From assembly GCA_040752695.1 (NCBI GenBank), contig JBFMGO010000013.1:1-64000 (forward strand): a DNA stretch of 64,000 nucleotides, read 5' to 3'. The stretch is from a bacterium (GTDB lineage Bacteria; SZUA-182; DTGQ01). Shown here piece by piece: positions 20,301 to 28,704 of the stretch (positions are counted from its first letter, which is position 1; each line of letters opens with the position of its first letter). Under the pieces are notes generated by a model. That model saw nothing but the letters and a program-made list of their open reading frames with translations, made no database searches and was not told the DNA's origin. A program made the position numbers and the translations under genes.

Positions 20301-21781
20301 ATCATGTTAGCATCAACAAACGCCCCGCCAAAGCCACCCGTACCCCATCCAGCAGTACCCCAGGCACCCCATGCAACAGCTCCGCCCGTGCCGCCGGCAG
20401 CAGGAACCATGTTGGGATCACCAGCCGGCATCGCCCAGGGCGTACCGCCTGGAACCATGCCGCCAGGAACCGTACCACCTGGAACCGTACCGCCAGGGGC
20501 CGTACCACCAGGAATCATGCCGCCAAAAAAGCCAATTGTACCGCCGGCGGCAGGAACCATGTTGGGATCGCCAACTGGCATCGCCCAGGGCATGCCACCA
20601 GGTACCATGCCGCCAGGAATTGTACTACCAAGAACTGTACCACCAGGAATCATGCCACCAAAAAAGCCAATTGTACCGCCGGCGGCAGGAACCATGTTGG
20701 GATCGCCAACTGGCATCGCCCAGGGCATGCCACCAGGTACTCCAGGAACCGTACTACCAGGAACCATACCGCCAGGAACCATACCGCCAACCATACCGCC
20801 TGCACCAGGAACCATGTTGGGATCGCCAATTGGCATCACTCCAGGTTGACCTTGAAGGTTCGTCCAGAAGTCCATAAGAATGGTATAATCATCTTCCGTA
20901 ATCTGGCCATCACCATTCATATCCATCGCCATAGGACTGGCTGCCCATTCCTCAAAAGACATCTGTTGCGGGAATCGATTGGAAGGAAACCTCTGGCTGC
21001 GCATAAGAATGGTATAATCTTCCTCCGTAATCAGGCCGTCACCATTCGCATCCTGCGCCTCAGGACTATCCAGCCAATCTGAAAATGACGGCTGCTGAGC
21101 GGCGGTAAAAACTCCTCCCTGGCCGCCACCCATTCCCCCTCCTACCTTCCAGCGGTCACCATCACTGCTTTGGAACCATTCTTCGATGAGGTCTGAATTG
21201 TTTTGTTGCGCATTGACGTAAATTCCCCAATTCTCGCCGTTAATGATCAGCTTGACAAAATTTGCTTTAGGGCATGGTATATATTTTCTCGCAATATCGA
21301 AATAGAGTACCTCGCGAATAAACGAGGGGTCCAAAGCGGCGTTATTCAGATTCAAGGTCTTATATCCCATCAGTCTTTGATCAGGATCTGTTTCATCGAT
21401 CTCGATGTTAAAAGATTTCTTCTGGGAATTTCCTGCCATCATATATGATGTCATTCCCTTGAATCTGACACCAACACCATGATACGTAACCCCATCCATG
21501 GTAAGATCAGCCAGAACATTCGCGTCTCCACCTGCGTTGTGGTTATTTATCATCTGCTGCCACCAGTCCTGCTGGGCAAAATCAAGGCTTATCGTACGTA
21601 ATACAGTCTCGTCATATAGGCTGGATTTGGCTGGAGCAGCCGTATCGGAAACTATCTCGTCTATTGCTGTTGACTCAGTTATTACCGCCTGTTGTGCTCC
21701 TCCAGCATACCCTGCTGATAAATAAAACACAGCCAGTGCTGCTGCAAAGGTTACATATTTTCGTATCGTGAAACTCTTCAT
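17378..21781 (-). CDS. Large secreted multidomain CotH kinase (CotH with EF-hand-like and Gly/Met/Pro insert, anchor-X-like domain, LTD, Ig-like, LTD, dockerin-like)
   Basis: Signal peptide; GVRFKG-x-TSY, KKSFNI, IREVLY, WGIY-x-N-x-QQ, D-x-DGY, LEHDGNETF; two INE...DWIE LTDs; C-terminal GDLNGDGNITPAD / ADVNMDGSVTPSD. Confidence 0.92.
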   Translation of the reverse strand: MKSFTIRKYVTFAAALAVFYLSAGYAGGAQQAVITESTAIDEIVSDTAAPAKSSLYDETVLRTISLDFAQQDWWQQMINNHNAGGDANVLADLTMDGVTYHGVGVRFKGMTSYMMAGNSQKKSFNIEIDETDPDQRLMGYKTLNLNNAALDPSFIREVLYFDIARKYIPCPKANFVKLIINGENWGIYVNAQQNNSDLIEEWFQSSDGDRWKVGGGMGGGQGGVFTAAQQPSFSDWLDSPEAQDANGDGLITEEDYTILMRSQRFPSNRFPQQMSFEEWAASPMAMDMNGDGQITEDDYTILMDFWTNLQGQPGVMPIGDPNMVPGAGGMVGGMVPGGMVPGSTVPGVPGGMPWAMPVGDPNMVPAAGGTIGFFGGMIPGGTVLGSTIPGGMVPGGMPWAMPVGDPNMVPAAGGTIGFFGGMIPGGTAPGGTVPGGTVPGGMVPGGTPWAMPAGDPNMVPAAGGTGGAVAWGAWGTAGWGTGGFGGAFVDANMIDAGGRFGGGIGGGNIMMFGGSDGALSWLGTDTTAYERAYELKTAKTDDPWGHLITTCNILNNTPLEQLPGVVDTVLAVDRWLWFLAVENIFTDEDGYLTKGWDYQIYYEVETGRIHPLEHDGNETFDARFINLSPVEGTNSASRPVISRLLAVPQFRQRYLAHVRTILDEWFNWNALAPKIEAYKALIADEVRADTKKLYSNDQFEASFTDIEDFINNRRDYLLNYAEINRQVPHIYSVVRTITPEAGESPFSWQSVEITADVEGAGGSLEVILHYAQGVAGPFVQVSMFDDGAHGDGEAGDGIFGGIIPPFPAGSLVRYYVEARASQGSIVQGAPAAQGAPATDTAQSSTFAPSGAEDRVFAYRVFIATDEYTPVVINEVMAKNEATIQDPQGEYEDWIELLNVGDQRIDLSGMYLSDTEDTPRKWKIPQGTTLDPGAYLIIWADEDDNDTPGLHANFKLSTDGESVMLVNTDELGNDLIDLVAFGKQEANVSYGRNPNGTGPFQILPWPTPNGDNLLSHYPGNGSVGENPGSGTVSGGEAPSANEAPSAIELISPLQAKQGDMGVVVTITLNQRMITMFPSDTLPSSVKIGTLTGKDTSRNGLEITSIFDIPGNEPPGMKDVSIEFPAPQISGTGGFQQPIGGQMPGGIQPPAGFQFPTDMQPPTGFQPPGGTQLPTGFQPPGGIQPPAGFQPPSGAQPPAGFQFPDGAQASVAGGTMQGGQGITFTKSAAFEILAGDTAGLQPPVGSTSLLFINEFMADNDNTIEDPDEPGSFEDWIEIYNPADSPVLMAGMYLTDDLNNPTKWQIPEGVSIPARGYLIFWADEDQKQGNTHTNFKLGKGGEAIGLFDTEAKGNVAIDTVVFEQQTTNISQGRMYDGGESWVFFENATPGSSNFVSQTGPDVNNPPVQPNNGDLNGDGNITPADSLAAFQCYLGLATCSDNADVNMDGSVTPSDALCIFKKYLTQPSCLD
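20390..20840 (-). repeat. Coding tandem repeats (about 135-150 bp units, PxGDPNMVPAAGG) with nested 15-bp PGGxV units
   Basis: GCAGGAACCATGTTGGGATC recurs; near-identical blocks 135 bp apart (about 20547 and 20682). Confidence 0.9.
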
Positions 21782-22110
21782 AACCTTATCTTCCTCTTTC
21801 TCTATAGTATAATATAATTTTATTGGTGGGAATTTTTATTTTGTATGTAAGGCTTCCCAGGAGCTAAGTACAGACAGCGATAAAAAAACGACAGGATAAA
21901 CCGATATCAACAAAGCACACTAATCGTTATTCCGAATGAAATCGGAAATGACAGGTGGCCGCGATTTTGCTTGAGAGTGTCCGCAAAAAGGACAAGGTCA
22001 ACCAAACGCGTAATTCCCGCGGCCTGCACTAAGTCTCCTCTTACAATAACTCTCTCCCCTTCAGGGGCAATGTTATTAACTTTTGATTTCCATACCATTC
22101 CCTTTCCCTG

Positions 22111-23364
22111 TTACGCCGGATTGAAAAAGCCCACCCCCCCAGCGTCTTTCCTAAAAATTAACGTTACGTTACGCGAGGCTGAAGCATTTGGGCAGGGTGG
22201 GTAATTGCTGCCACTTAGAAATATGCCTTTATCATCATCCAGGGCAAATTCCCGGTCAAAGAGTAAAGTTACCTGACGAAAAAGAAGCGATGGAGGAGAT
22301 GTTCCATTAGCCCTACCAGGAGTTGGAGTCAGAGTCTGACTATCTCCCGTGCCATCGGGCAGGCGGCCGAAGCTCGTGCCGCCTGGCGCATCCCCTGCCT
22401 GCCAGTCCAGTACATCCACAATGTTGGAATCCAGATAATAGAGCGTAACACAGTCATCAGAGCCTAGTTTAAATGGTACATAATACGAGCCATCATCAGG
22501 CTCTTTATCCGTAGCCTGGATAACGATAAATTCCCCAGGCTCTAAAAGAACAGTGGGCAGGGGTGCAGGCTCACGCCCTTCACTATCGTCAACCAGCGAG
22601 TAATCTCCCAGAGAAACCGGCTCCTCACCAGTGACATAAAGCTCAATCCAGTCACTGCCGCCGCCAGCGTCATTGGCTGCAATCTCGTTGATGACCAGCG
22701 CAGGTTTTGCAGCCCCTGACGGCGGAGTTTCATTTGAAGGCGGAGTTTCACCTGAAGGCGGGGTTTCCCCGACCGGCGGAGTCTCACCGGATGCGGCAGC
22801 AGCCTTGTTCATTGCATTCGGAGTCGGAGTCAGGGTTTGACTATCTCCCGTGCCATCGGGCAGGCGGCCGAAGCTCGTGCCGCCTGGCGCATCCCCTGCC
22901 TGCCAGTCCAGTATATCCACACGATAAAAATCCAGATAATAAAGAGTGACGCAGTCATCAGGGCCCAGTTTGAATGGTACATAATAGGAACCATCTTCAG
23001 GCTCTTTATCTCCTGCCTGGATAACGATAAATTTACCGGGCTTTAACGTAATGTCAGGCAAAGGTTCGAGCTTACGACCTTCGTTATCGTCAACCAGGGA
23101 ATAATCTCCCAGGAAAACCGGCTCATCACCGATGACATAAAGCTCAATCCAGTCATTGCCTCCATCAGAACTCTCGGCTAGGACTTCGTTGATGACCAAC
23201 CCGCCAGGGCCGCTCTTAACCTGGTCACCACATGCCAATTGAAATAACATGCCTATGAATACTGCAATCAGTCCAATTTGCCTTAGCTTTTTACTCACCG
23301 GGCACTTTAGCCTTTCATGGTTAATTATTTCTGTACTGTTGTTCACTCCGAATCCATAGTGCAC
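22111..23364 (-). CDS. Lipoprotein with two tandem lamin-tail domains
   Basis: Lipobox FQLAC (an alternative GTG at 23298 gives a normal-length signal peptide); LVINE...DWIELY...SFGRLPDG...PTP twice; GETPPS linker. Confidence 0.85.
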   Translation of the reverse strand: MHYGFGVNNSTEIINHERLKCPVSKKLRQIGLIAVFIGMLFQLACGDQVKSGPGGLVINEVLAESSDGGNDWIELYVIGDEPVFLGDYSLVDDNEGRKLEPLPDITLKPGKFIVIQAGDKEPEDGSYYVPFKLGPDDCVTLYYLDFYRVDILDWQAGDAPGGTSFGRLPDGTGDSQTLTPTPNAMNKAAAASGETPPVGETPPSGETPPSNETPPSGAAKPALVINEIAANDAGGGSDWIELYVTGEEPVSLGDYSLVDDSEGREPAPLPTVLLEPGEFIVIQATDKEPDDGSYYVPFKLGSDDCVTLYYLDSNIVDVLDWQAGDAPGGTSFGRLPDGTGDSQTLTPTPGRANGTSPPSLLFRQVTLLFDREFALDDDKGIFLSGSNYPPCPNASASRNVTLIFRKDAGGVGFFNPA

Positions 23365-23425
23365 CTTTTAAACCTTCACCTTCTGTTCTGTGATAGAGTT
23401 TCCCCCACGTCTATGATCCTTTTGC

Positions 23426-23440
23426 TCAATTATCGTGCCA
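23426..23440 (-). promoter_or_regulatory. Putative sigma54 promoter of the LTD lipoprotein (and possibly large CotH) unit
   Basis: Minus strand reads TGGCACGATAATTGA. Confidence 0.7.
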
Positions 23441-23516
23441 AACCGATCTGGTCGGTATAACATATTGGAAATTAATCAATAGCATTAGGGTTACCAGAGA
23501 ATGGGGAGATTGGTAA

Positions 23517-23560
23517 ATTCGACCGAACGGACGGTTTGTAAAACCAAACGGGCGAGTCAT
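23517..23560 (-). promoter_or_regulatory. Putative enhancer (UAS), copy 3
   Basis: CGACCGAACGGACG at 23520-23533 plus a second site 21 bp away. Confidence 0.65.
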
Positions 23561-23664
23561 AATCAACATAAGGATTTTATGAAGGAAATACCAACTCCCT
23601 CTTTTCTATAGGAAGGAGACTGGGGGAGAGGAAGCAGTATCTAAGCCGAAGTAAGACATATGTT

Positions 23665-25068
23665 TCAAGACCGGTCAGATTTATTCTTCAGCCCCAATTT
23701 TTCCAGTCGGGAGCGCAGGTGCCTCTCCGTGATGCCTAACAGTCTGGCTGCTGCACTTTGGTTCCCATTGCTGCGTTTCATTGCTTCTTTAACCATTTCA
23801 CCCTCGAAGGCTCTCATTTTCTCTCCATAACCATCAGATATATTGCAGGGATTTAAGATCTCTTTTCCGGAAACGGTCTGGAGTTGTCCAGGTAAGTCAT
23901 TCTGCGTGATATACTCAGTCCTGCACAGGACCACAGCTCGTTCAATGATATTTTCCAGTTCGCGAACATTTCCCCGGTATTCGTATTTCATAAGGTGATC
24001 CAATGCTTCTCGAGTAATACCTTTAAGCTTTTTATTATTTTCACTGGAAAATTTTTCAATAAATTGGTCGATTAATACGGGAATATCCCTTTTTCGACGC
24101 CGCAGCGGCGGAAGCCATACCGTGACCACATTGAGGCGATAATACAGGTCCTCTCGAAATTCTCCGTTTTTGATCATTTCTTCAAGGTTCCTATTGGTGG
24201 CTGCAACGATGCGCACATCTACCTGAATGGTTTTATTCCCACCCAGTCGCTCGATTTGTCCAAATTGAATGGCCCGCAATAATTTCACCTGAACTGACAG
24301 AGGGATATCACCAACTTCGTCAATAAATAACGTCCCGCCATTGGCCTGTTCGAAACGGCCGATTCTCTGCTGTGTTGCGCCGGTGAAGGCTCCTTTCTCA
24401 TGGCCGAATAATTCACTCTCCAGCAGACTTTCCGATAAGGCAGCTACATTTACCACTACCCAGGGTCTATTCTTTCTGGGACTGGCATAATGAATCGCTC
24501 TTGCGATCAATTCCTTGCCAGTACCGCTTTCCCCGCGCACCAGAACGGTCGTTTTACTTGGTGCAACCCGGCCTGCCATGTTCAGTACCTCTTCCATGTC
24601 ACTACTTTGGGAAAAAATACCATCGAGTTTACATCTATCCTGCAACTGCTGCTTCAGGTTTCGGTTTTCAGCGACGAGCTGCCGCTTTTCCCGTACCCGT
24701 TTGATAAGATGTTCCAGTTCATCCAGATCCACCGGTTTAGCCAGATAATCATAGGCACCAGCTTTCATAATTTCTACAGCATTCTCAACACTTTCATATC
24801 CCTGGTCGTTATAATGGCCGGTCATGATAATCACTTCAATGTCCGGATTGACCTCTTTGACATTTTTTAAAACCGTAAGCCCATCACATTCAGGCATACG
24901 AAGGTCCGATATCACCAGATCGATAGTATTTTTTCGGACGATTTCACAGCCGATTCGACCATTTGCGGCAGTGAAGACTCCATAGCCCTGACGGGTTAAA
25001 AAAGTGTTGAGTAATTTTAGCTGTTCATCTTCATCGTCTATTAATAAAATAGTTAAGGGCATAGTCAT
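23665..25068 (-). CDS. Sigma54-dependent response regulator (NtrC/AtoC/ZraR family: REC-AAA+-HTH)
   Basis: LIDDE...DLRMP receiver; [49 protein letters not shown]; Fis-type [15 protein letters not shown]. Confidence 0.97.
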   Translation of the reverse strand: MTMPLTILLIDDEDEQLKLLNTFLTRQGYGVFTAANGRIGCEIVRKNTIDLVISDLRMPECDGLTVLKNVKEVNPDIEVIIMTGHYNDQGYESVENAVEIMKAGAYDYLAKPVDLDELEHLIKRVREKRQLVAENRNLKQQLQDRCKLDGIFSQSSDMEEVLNMAGRVAPSKTTVLVRGESGTGKELIARAIHYASPRKNRPWVVVNVAALSESLLESELFGHEKGAFTGATQQRIGRFEQANGGTLFIDEVGDIPLSVQVKLLRAIQFGQIERLGGNKTIQVDVRIVAATNRNLEEMIKNGEFREDLYYRLNVVTVWLPPLRRRKRDIPVLIDQFIEKFSSENNKKLKGITREALDHLMKYEYRGNVRELENIIERAVVLCRTEYITQNDLPGQLQTVSGKEILNPCNISDGYGEKMRAFEGEMVKEAMKRSNGNQSAAARLLGITERHLRSRLEKLGLKNKSDRS

Positions 25069-25119
25069 AAGTAAGGATTCCTATGGTAGTTGTTCACGGA
25101 AGTTATTCATGGTAACTGT

Positions 25120-25263
25120 TCATGGTAATTGTCCCGATAAGAAAACTATTCCCGCTGACGAGGGGGGTATTCTTGATTCTGTTTTTCCATAAAGGATTAA
25201 ACTGGTGAGTTTATCGAAAATACCGCCTTGTTTCGGGCAATCGGCTTGGGGTAATTCCACCAT
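25120..25263 (-). CDS. Possible 47-aa small ORF between the sigma54 promoter and the regulator
   Basis: AAGGAGG SD before ATG 25263; translated by hand as MVELPQADCPKQGGIFDKLTSLILYGKTESRIPPSSAGIVFLSGQLP. Confidence 0.35.
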   Translation of the reverse strand: MVELPQADCPKQGGIFDKLTSLILYGKTESRIPPSSAGIVFLSGQLP

Positions 25264-25399
25264 TCCTTATGCCTCCTTTCTTGTTTTTTCGGGCATAAGG
25301 CAGTTAGAATTCACCCCATCTATTAATATCCGTTCCGGTCCAAAATCTGTTCCGGTCTCTATTGATTCTTAATCAAGGGTGGTTCTGTTATATCCATAA

Positions 25400-25414
25400 T
25401 CAAATATTGTGCCA
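25400..25414 (-). promoter_or_regulatory. Putative sigma54 promoter of the regulator gene (autoregulation)
   Basis: Minus strand reads TGGCACAATATTTGA. Confidence 0.7.
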
Positions 25415-25499
25415 GATTACCTCTATGAAACCCAGTCATTCAAGACTTTGAAAACCAATGCACAATACATAAGGAACACAGAAGGGAATCTTTTCATTT

Positions 25500-25543
25500 A
25501 TACGACCAATTGGTCGAACGACTCAAAAAACCGGATGAATAAC
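25500..25543 (-). promoter_or_regulatory. Putative enhancer (UAS), copy 4
   Basis: Perfect palindrome CGACCAATTGGTCG at 25503-25516, with the GGATGAAT end at the same spacing as in the other copies. Confidence 0.65.
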
Positions 25544-25724
25544 TCAGAAAATAGAAGCAATAAAATCGGTTGATGTAACGATCGCCTGTCAGATAATTGT
25601 GAATTCCCAAAACATCCTGTGGCTCCTCCGACAAGCAACCAATTTAGTGCAAGTCCGGCCTTCGATCGACCTCTGTAATGCTACGTGTCTATAGTAATTC
25701 GACTAAAAGCATACGGGAGTTTAC

Positions 25725-25740
25725 AGGCATTGTTTTTGCA
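25725..25740 (+). promoter_or_regulatory. Possible sigma54 promoter for the TonB receptor operon
   Basis: AGGCATTGTTTTTGCA: GG-N10-GC with TTGCA at -12. Confidence 0.45.
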
Positions 25741-25938
25741 GATAGTAAGTATACTGGCCGGGAATTCCCCAGCCAATTATGGAATGGGGCCATGAGTCGA
25801 CCAAGGAACGAAGGGGAGAAATGTCGTTCAGGTAATGAAGAACGAGTGGTGGCCTATCATGACCTATCGTAAGGTAATTATCGCCTATCAGGTTTCCCGC
25901 TTCGCTCGAAATGATAAAAAAGCTTTAGGGAGGAATGC

Positions 25939-28074
25939 ATGAAATGCTTGTTATGGAGCCATAACGACACATTATGGGGTCATGGCTTTTTCATAGCTAT
26001 ATCTGCCGTTATGATTTTATTGCTGTCCGGATATATAACGCCGGCATGCCGGGCCGACGACGGCGGCGGACAGGCAGAACCCCTCGACTTTACCTCGATG
26101 AGCCTGGAAGAGTTGAAGCAGGTTATGATCATCTCCATATTAAAAAAGCCGCAAAATCTTTCCGATGCAACATCAGCGATTTCTGTCATAACCCAAGACG
26201 ATATTCGCCGGTCCGGAGCCACGAACATCCCTGACCTGCTCAGATGCCTGCCCGGAATCCAGGTGGCGCAGATCAATTCCAACACCTGGGCGGTAAGTGC
26301 ACGCGGATTCAATCACCGTTTTTCCAACAAGCTGTTGATCCTTATGGATGGCAGATGTCTTTATACACCGCTTTTTTCCGGTGTTTACTGGAACGTCCAG
26401 GATACGGTCCTTGAGGATATCGAACGGATCGAAGTTATCCGGGGACCAGGCGCGACATTGTGGGGGGCAAATGCTGTCAACGGCGTTATTAACATTATCA
26501 CCAAAAAAGCCAGGGATACCCAAGGGGGACTGATCGTATCAGGCGCAGGCAATAAAGAGCTGGGATTTAATGCGTTCCGTTATGGTGCCAGATTGGCGGA
26601 TAATGCTTATGGCAGAATTTACCTGAAATACTTTATGAGGGATGGCTTTGTAGATGAAGCCGGTAATCCCGGGAATGACGATTGGAATTTGCTCAAGGGT
26701 GGAGGGCGGCTTGACTGGTCTTTCTCAAGCAGTGATTCGCTTACGGTGCAGGGTGATATGTACAATGGCAAGAACGGCGAAAAGACGGCACGGTTTTTTC
26801 TGCCAGACATAACAGAAGAAAACATCAATATCGATAATACCTCTTCCGGTTTCAACCTGTTGAGCAAGTGGAAACATACCTTCTCTCGTTCCTCCGATAT
26901 GGCCCTCCAGCTCTATTACGACAGGACAAAACAGGACAAAATCAATAGCGACAATAGCCGGCACAGAGAAAGTTTTGATGTTTTCGACCTGGATTTTCAG
27001 CACAACTTCAGCTTAAATACGCATCAGGAAATGATTTGGGGTTTTGGCTATCGCTTCATAAGAGACCATTTTAATATACAAATAGTGCATAACAAAAACG
27101 ATGAGCCACACTTTTTTCCCAAAAGCGACAGCCATGATACACACATTGTAAGCACTTTCCTTCAGGACAGCCTCTCCCTGATCAGAGACAGGCTCCAACT
27201 AACAGCAGGATCGAAGTTCGAGTATACTGAGTATAATGGATTTCAATTTCAACCCAGTATAAGAATACTCTACAAGATAACGAAAGATCAGAATATCTGG
27301 ACTTCTGTTTCCCGTGCACTCAGGACCGAACCACGTTATGAGCACGATATAAAAACCCCTCCTCCTCCCGGCCCACCGCCTTCTGACACGGAGTCATCCG
27401 GCTCACCTCCTCCTGGTCCGGCGCCGGATTCTGTCATTCTCTTTCCGGAAGTGAGTAATAATATCAAGCCCGAAGAACTTATCGCCTATGAACTTGGATA
27501 CCGCATTCAGCCGGTAGACTTCTGTTCTTTTGACTCAGCGGTATTTTATAACGACTATGATAACCTCATCATAGACAGCCCTGATTACCCTGGAAGGGCA
27601 GAGTCCTACGGCGTAGAACTGGCTGCAAACTGGGATGCATTAAAATGGTGGACTTTTCGTACTTCCTATACCTACTTACATATACATGTCAGCAGGGATA
27701 GGAACTTCATTAATCAGAATTTCTGGGATCCAAACGATGAATGCGTTATGGATTCTCCTGAAGCTTTTCTTGAAAAGACCAGCCCTCGTCATCAATGGAT
27801 GCTTCGCTCTTCCATGGATCTGTCCCGGAATCTGGAGTTCGACCTGGACTTCAGGTATGTTTCTAACCTGGGCGATTATATCAAAAGCTACCGGGAAATG
27901 GACGCCCGCCTTGGCTGGAGCCCGGTGAAAAACCTGGAATTATCCATCGTGGGACGGAACCTGCTTGACAACCACCACTCTGAATTCGTGTTCCTGGGAT
28001 ACCTGCCGAATTCATCGGGGGGTGACATGGAAGTAGAGCGAAGTATCTACGGGAAAATAACATGTCGATTTTAA
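25939..28074 (+). CDS. TonB-dependent receptor (YfiR-associated type)
   Basis: MSLEEL, VITQDDIRRSGATNIPDLLR, IERIEVIRGPGATLWGANAVNGVINIITK plug motifs; GRNLLD...C-terminal F. Confidence 0.95.
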   Translation: MKCLLWSHNDTLWGHGFFIAISAVMILLLSGYITPACRADDGGGQAEPLDFTSMSLEELKQVMIISILKKPQNLSDATSAISVITQDDIRRSGATNIPDLLRCLPGIQVAQINSNTWAVSARGFNHRFSNKLLILMDGRCLYTPLFSGVYWNVQDTVLEDIERIEVIRGPGATLWGANAVNGVINIITKKARDTQGGLIVSGAGNKELGFNAFRYGARLADNAYGRIYLKYFMRDGFVDEAGNPGNDDWNLLKGGGRLDWSFSSSDSLTVQGDMYNGKNGEKTARFFLPDITEENINIDNTSSGFNLLSKWKHTFSRSSDMALQLYYDRTKQDKINSDNSRHRESFDVFDLDFQHNFSLNTHQEMIWGFGYRFIRDHFNIQIVHNKNDEPHFFPKSDSHDTHIVSTFLQDSLSLIRDRLQLTAGSKFEYTEYNGFQFQPSIRILYKITKDQNIWTSVSRALRTEPRYEHDIKTPPPPGPPPSDTESSGSPPPGPAPDSVILFPEVSNNIKPEELIAYELGYRIQPVDFCSFDSAVFYNDYDNLIIDSPDYPGRAESYGVELAANWDALKWWTFRTSYTYLHIHVSRDRNFINQNFWDPNDECVMDSPEAFLEKTSPRHQWMLRSSMDLSRNLEFDLDFRYVSNLGDYIKSYREMDARLGWSPVKNLELSIVGRNLLDNHHSEFVFLGYLPNSSGGDMEVERSIYGKITCRF

Positions 28075-28703
28075 TACGGGGATCCAGTCAAAAACTTCAC
28101 CTGAAGGCATTGATAGCATTATGCGTCATCGTGGCCGTATGCACCGGCGGGTTTCCCCAGGTCCGTTCAGATGCCAGGGATCTATCGGGTCTGGAGTACC
28201 AGGTCAAAGCAGGTTTCATCTATAATTTTGCAAAGTTTACTGAATGGCCAAAGAACTTACCCTATGACAGCAACAGTTCTCTTATCCTTTCGGTCATCTC
28301 TAACAACGATGCCGTAAGCGATGCTTTTCTCGCCCTGAACGGTAAAATAGTGGGGGGCAAAAACATACAGGTAAAAATGTGCGTTACCGTAAGAGACTTG
28401 AAAGACTGCCATATCCTTTTCCTCGACTCAACAGACAGGAAATTCATACAGGAGGTTTTGAGAACCGTTAAGGACCGGCAGGTATTGACGGTGGGACACG
28501 GTCCAGGCTTCACTCAGGAAGGGGGAATCATCAATTTCTTTATTGAAGATGGAAAGCTCAGATTTGAAGTAAACCGGGATGCTGAAAAGCGTGCAGGAAT
28601 AAAGCTGGGTTCACAAATCCTCAGGTCTGCTGAAATTATCACGGAAGGGAGTCCCTCCTCCCTCCTGGAAGAGATCGGGAGTGAGGGGAAGGAGCGTCAG
28701 TAG
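28062..28703 (+). CDS. YfiR family (DUF4154) periplasmic protein
   Basis: [41 protein letters not shown] motifs. Confidence 0.93.
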   Translation: MSILIRGSSQKLHLKALIALCVIVAVCTGGFPQVRSDARDLSGLEYQVKAGFIYNFAKFTEWPKNLPYDSNSSLILSVISNNDAVSDAFLALNGKIVGGKNIQVKMCVTVRDLKDCHILFLDSTDRKFIQEVLRTVKDRQVLTVGHGPGFTQEGGIINFFIEDGKLRFEVNRDAEKRAGIKLGSQILRSAEIITEGSPSSLLEEIGSEGKERQ

Positions 28704-28704
28704 C

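Noticed and set aside
20205..20877. Long plus-strand ORFs with striking Pro or Gln/Cys repeats
   Set aside because: Antisense shadows of the coding repeats in the large CotH gene.
15064..21781. CotH genes as evidence of sporulation; dockerin-like tail as evidence of a cellulosome
   Set aside because: No other spore or cohesin genes are present, the cell has outer-membrane proteins, and both domain types occur widely outside those contexts.
21907..22113. Programmed read-through or selenocysteine/pyrrolysine at the LTD lipoprotein stop
   Set aside because: The stop is TAA and the downstream peptide has no recognisable motif.
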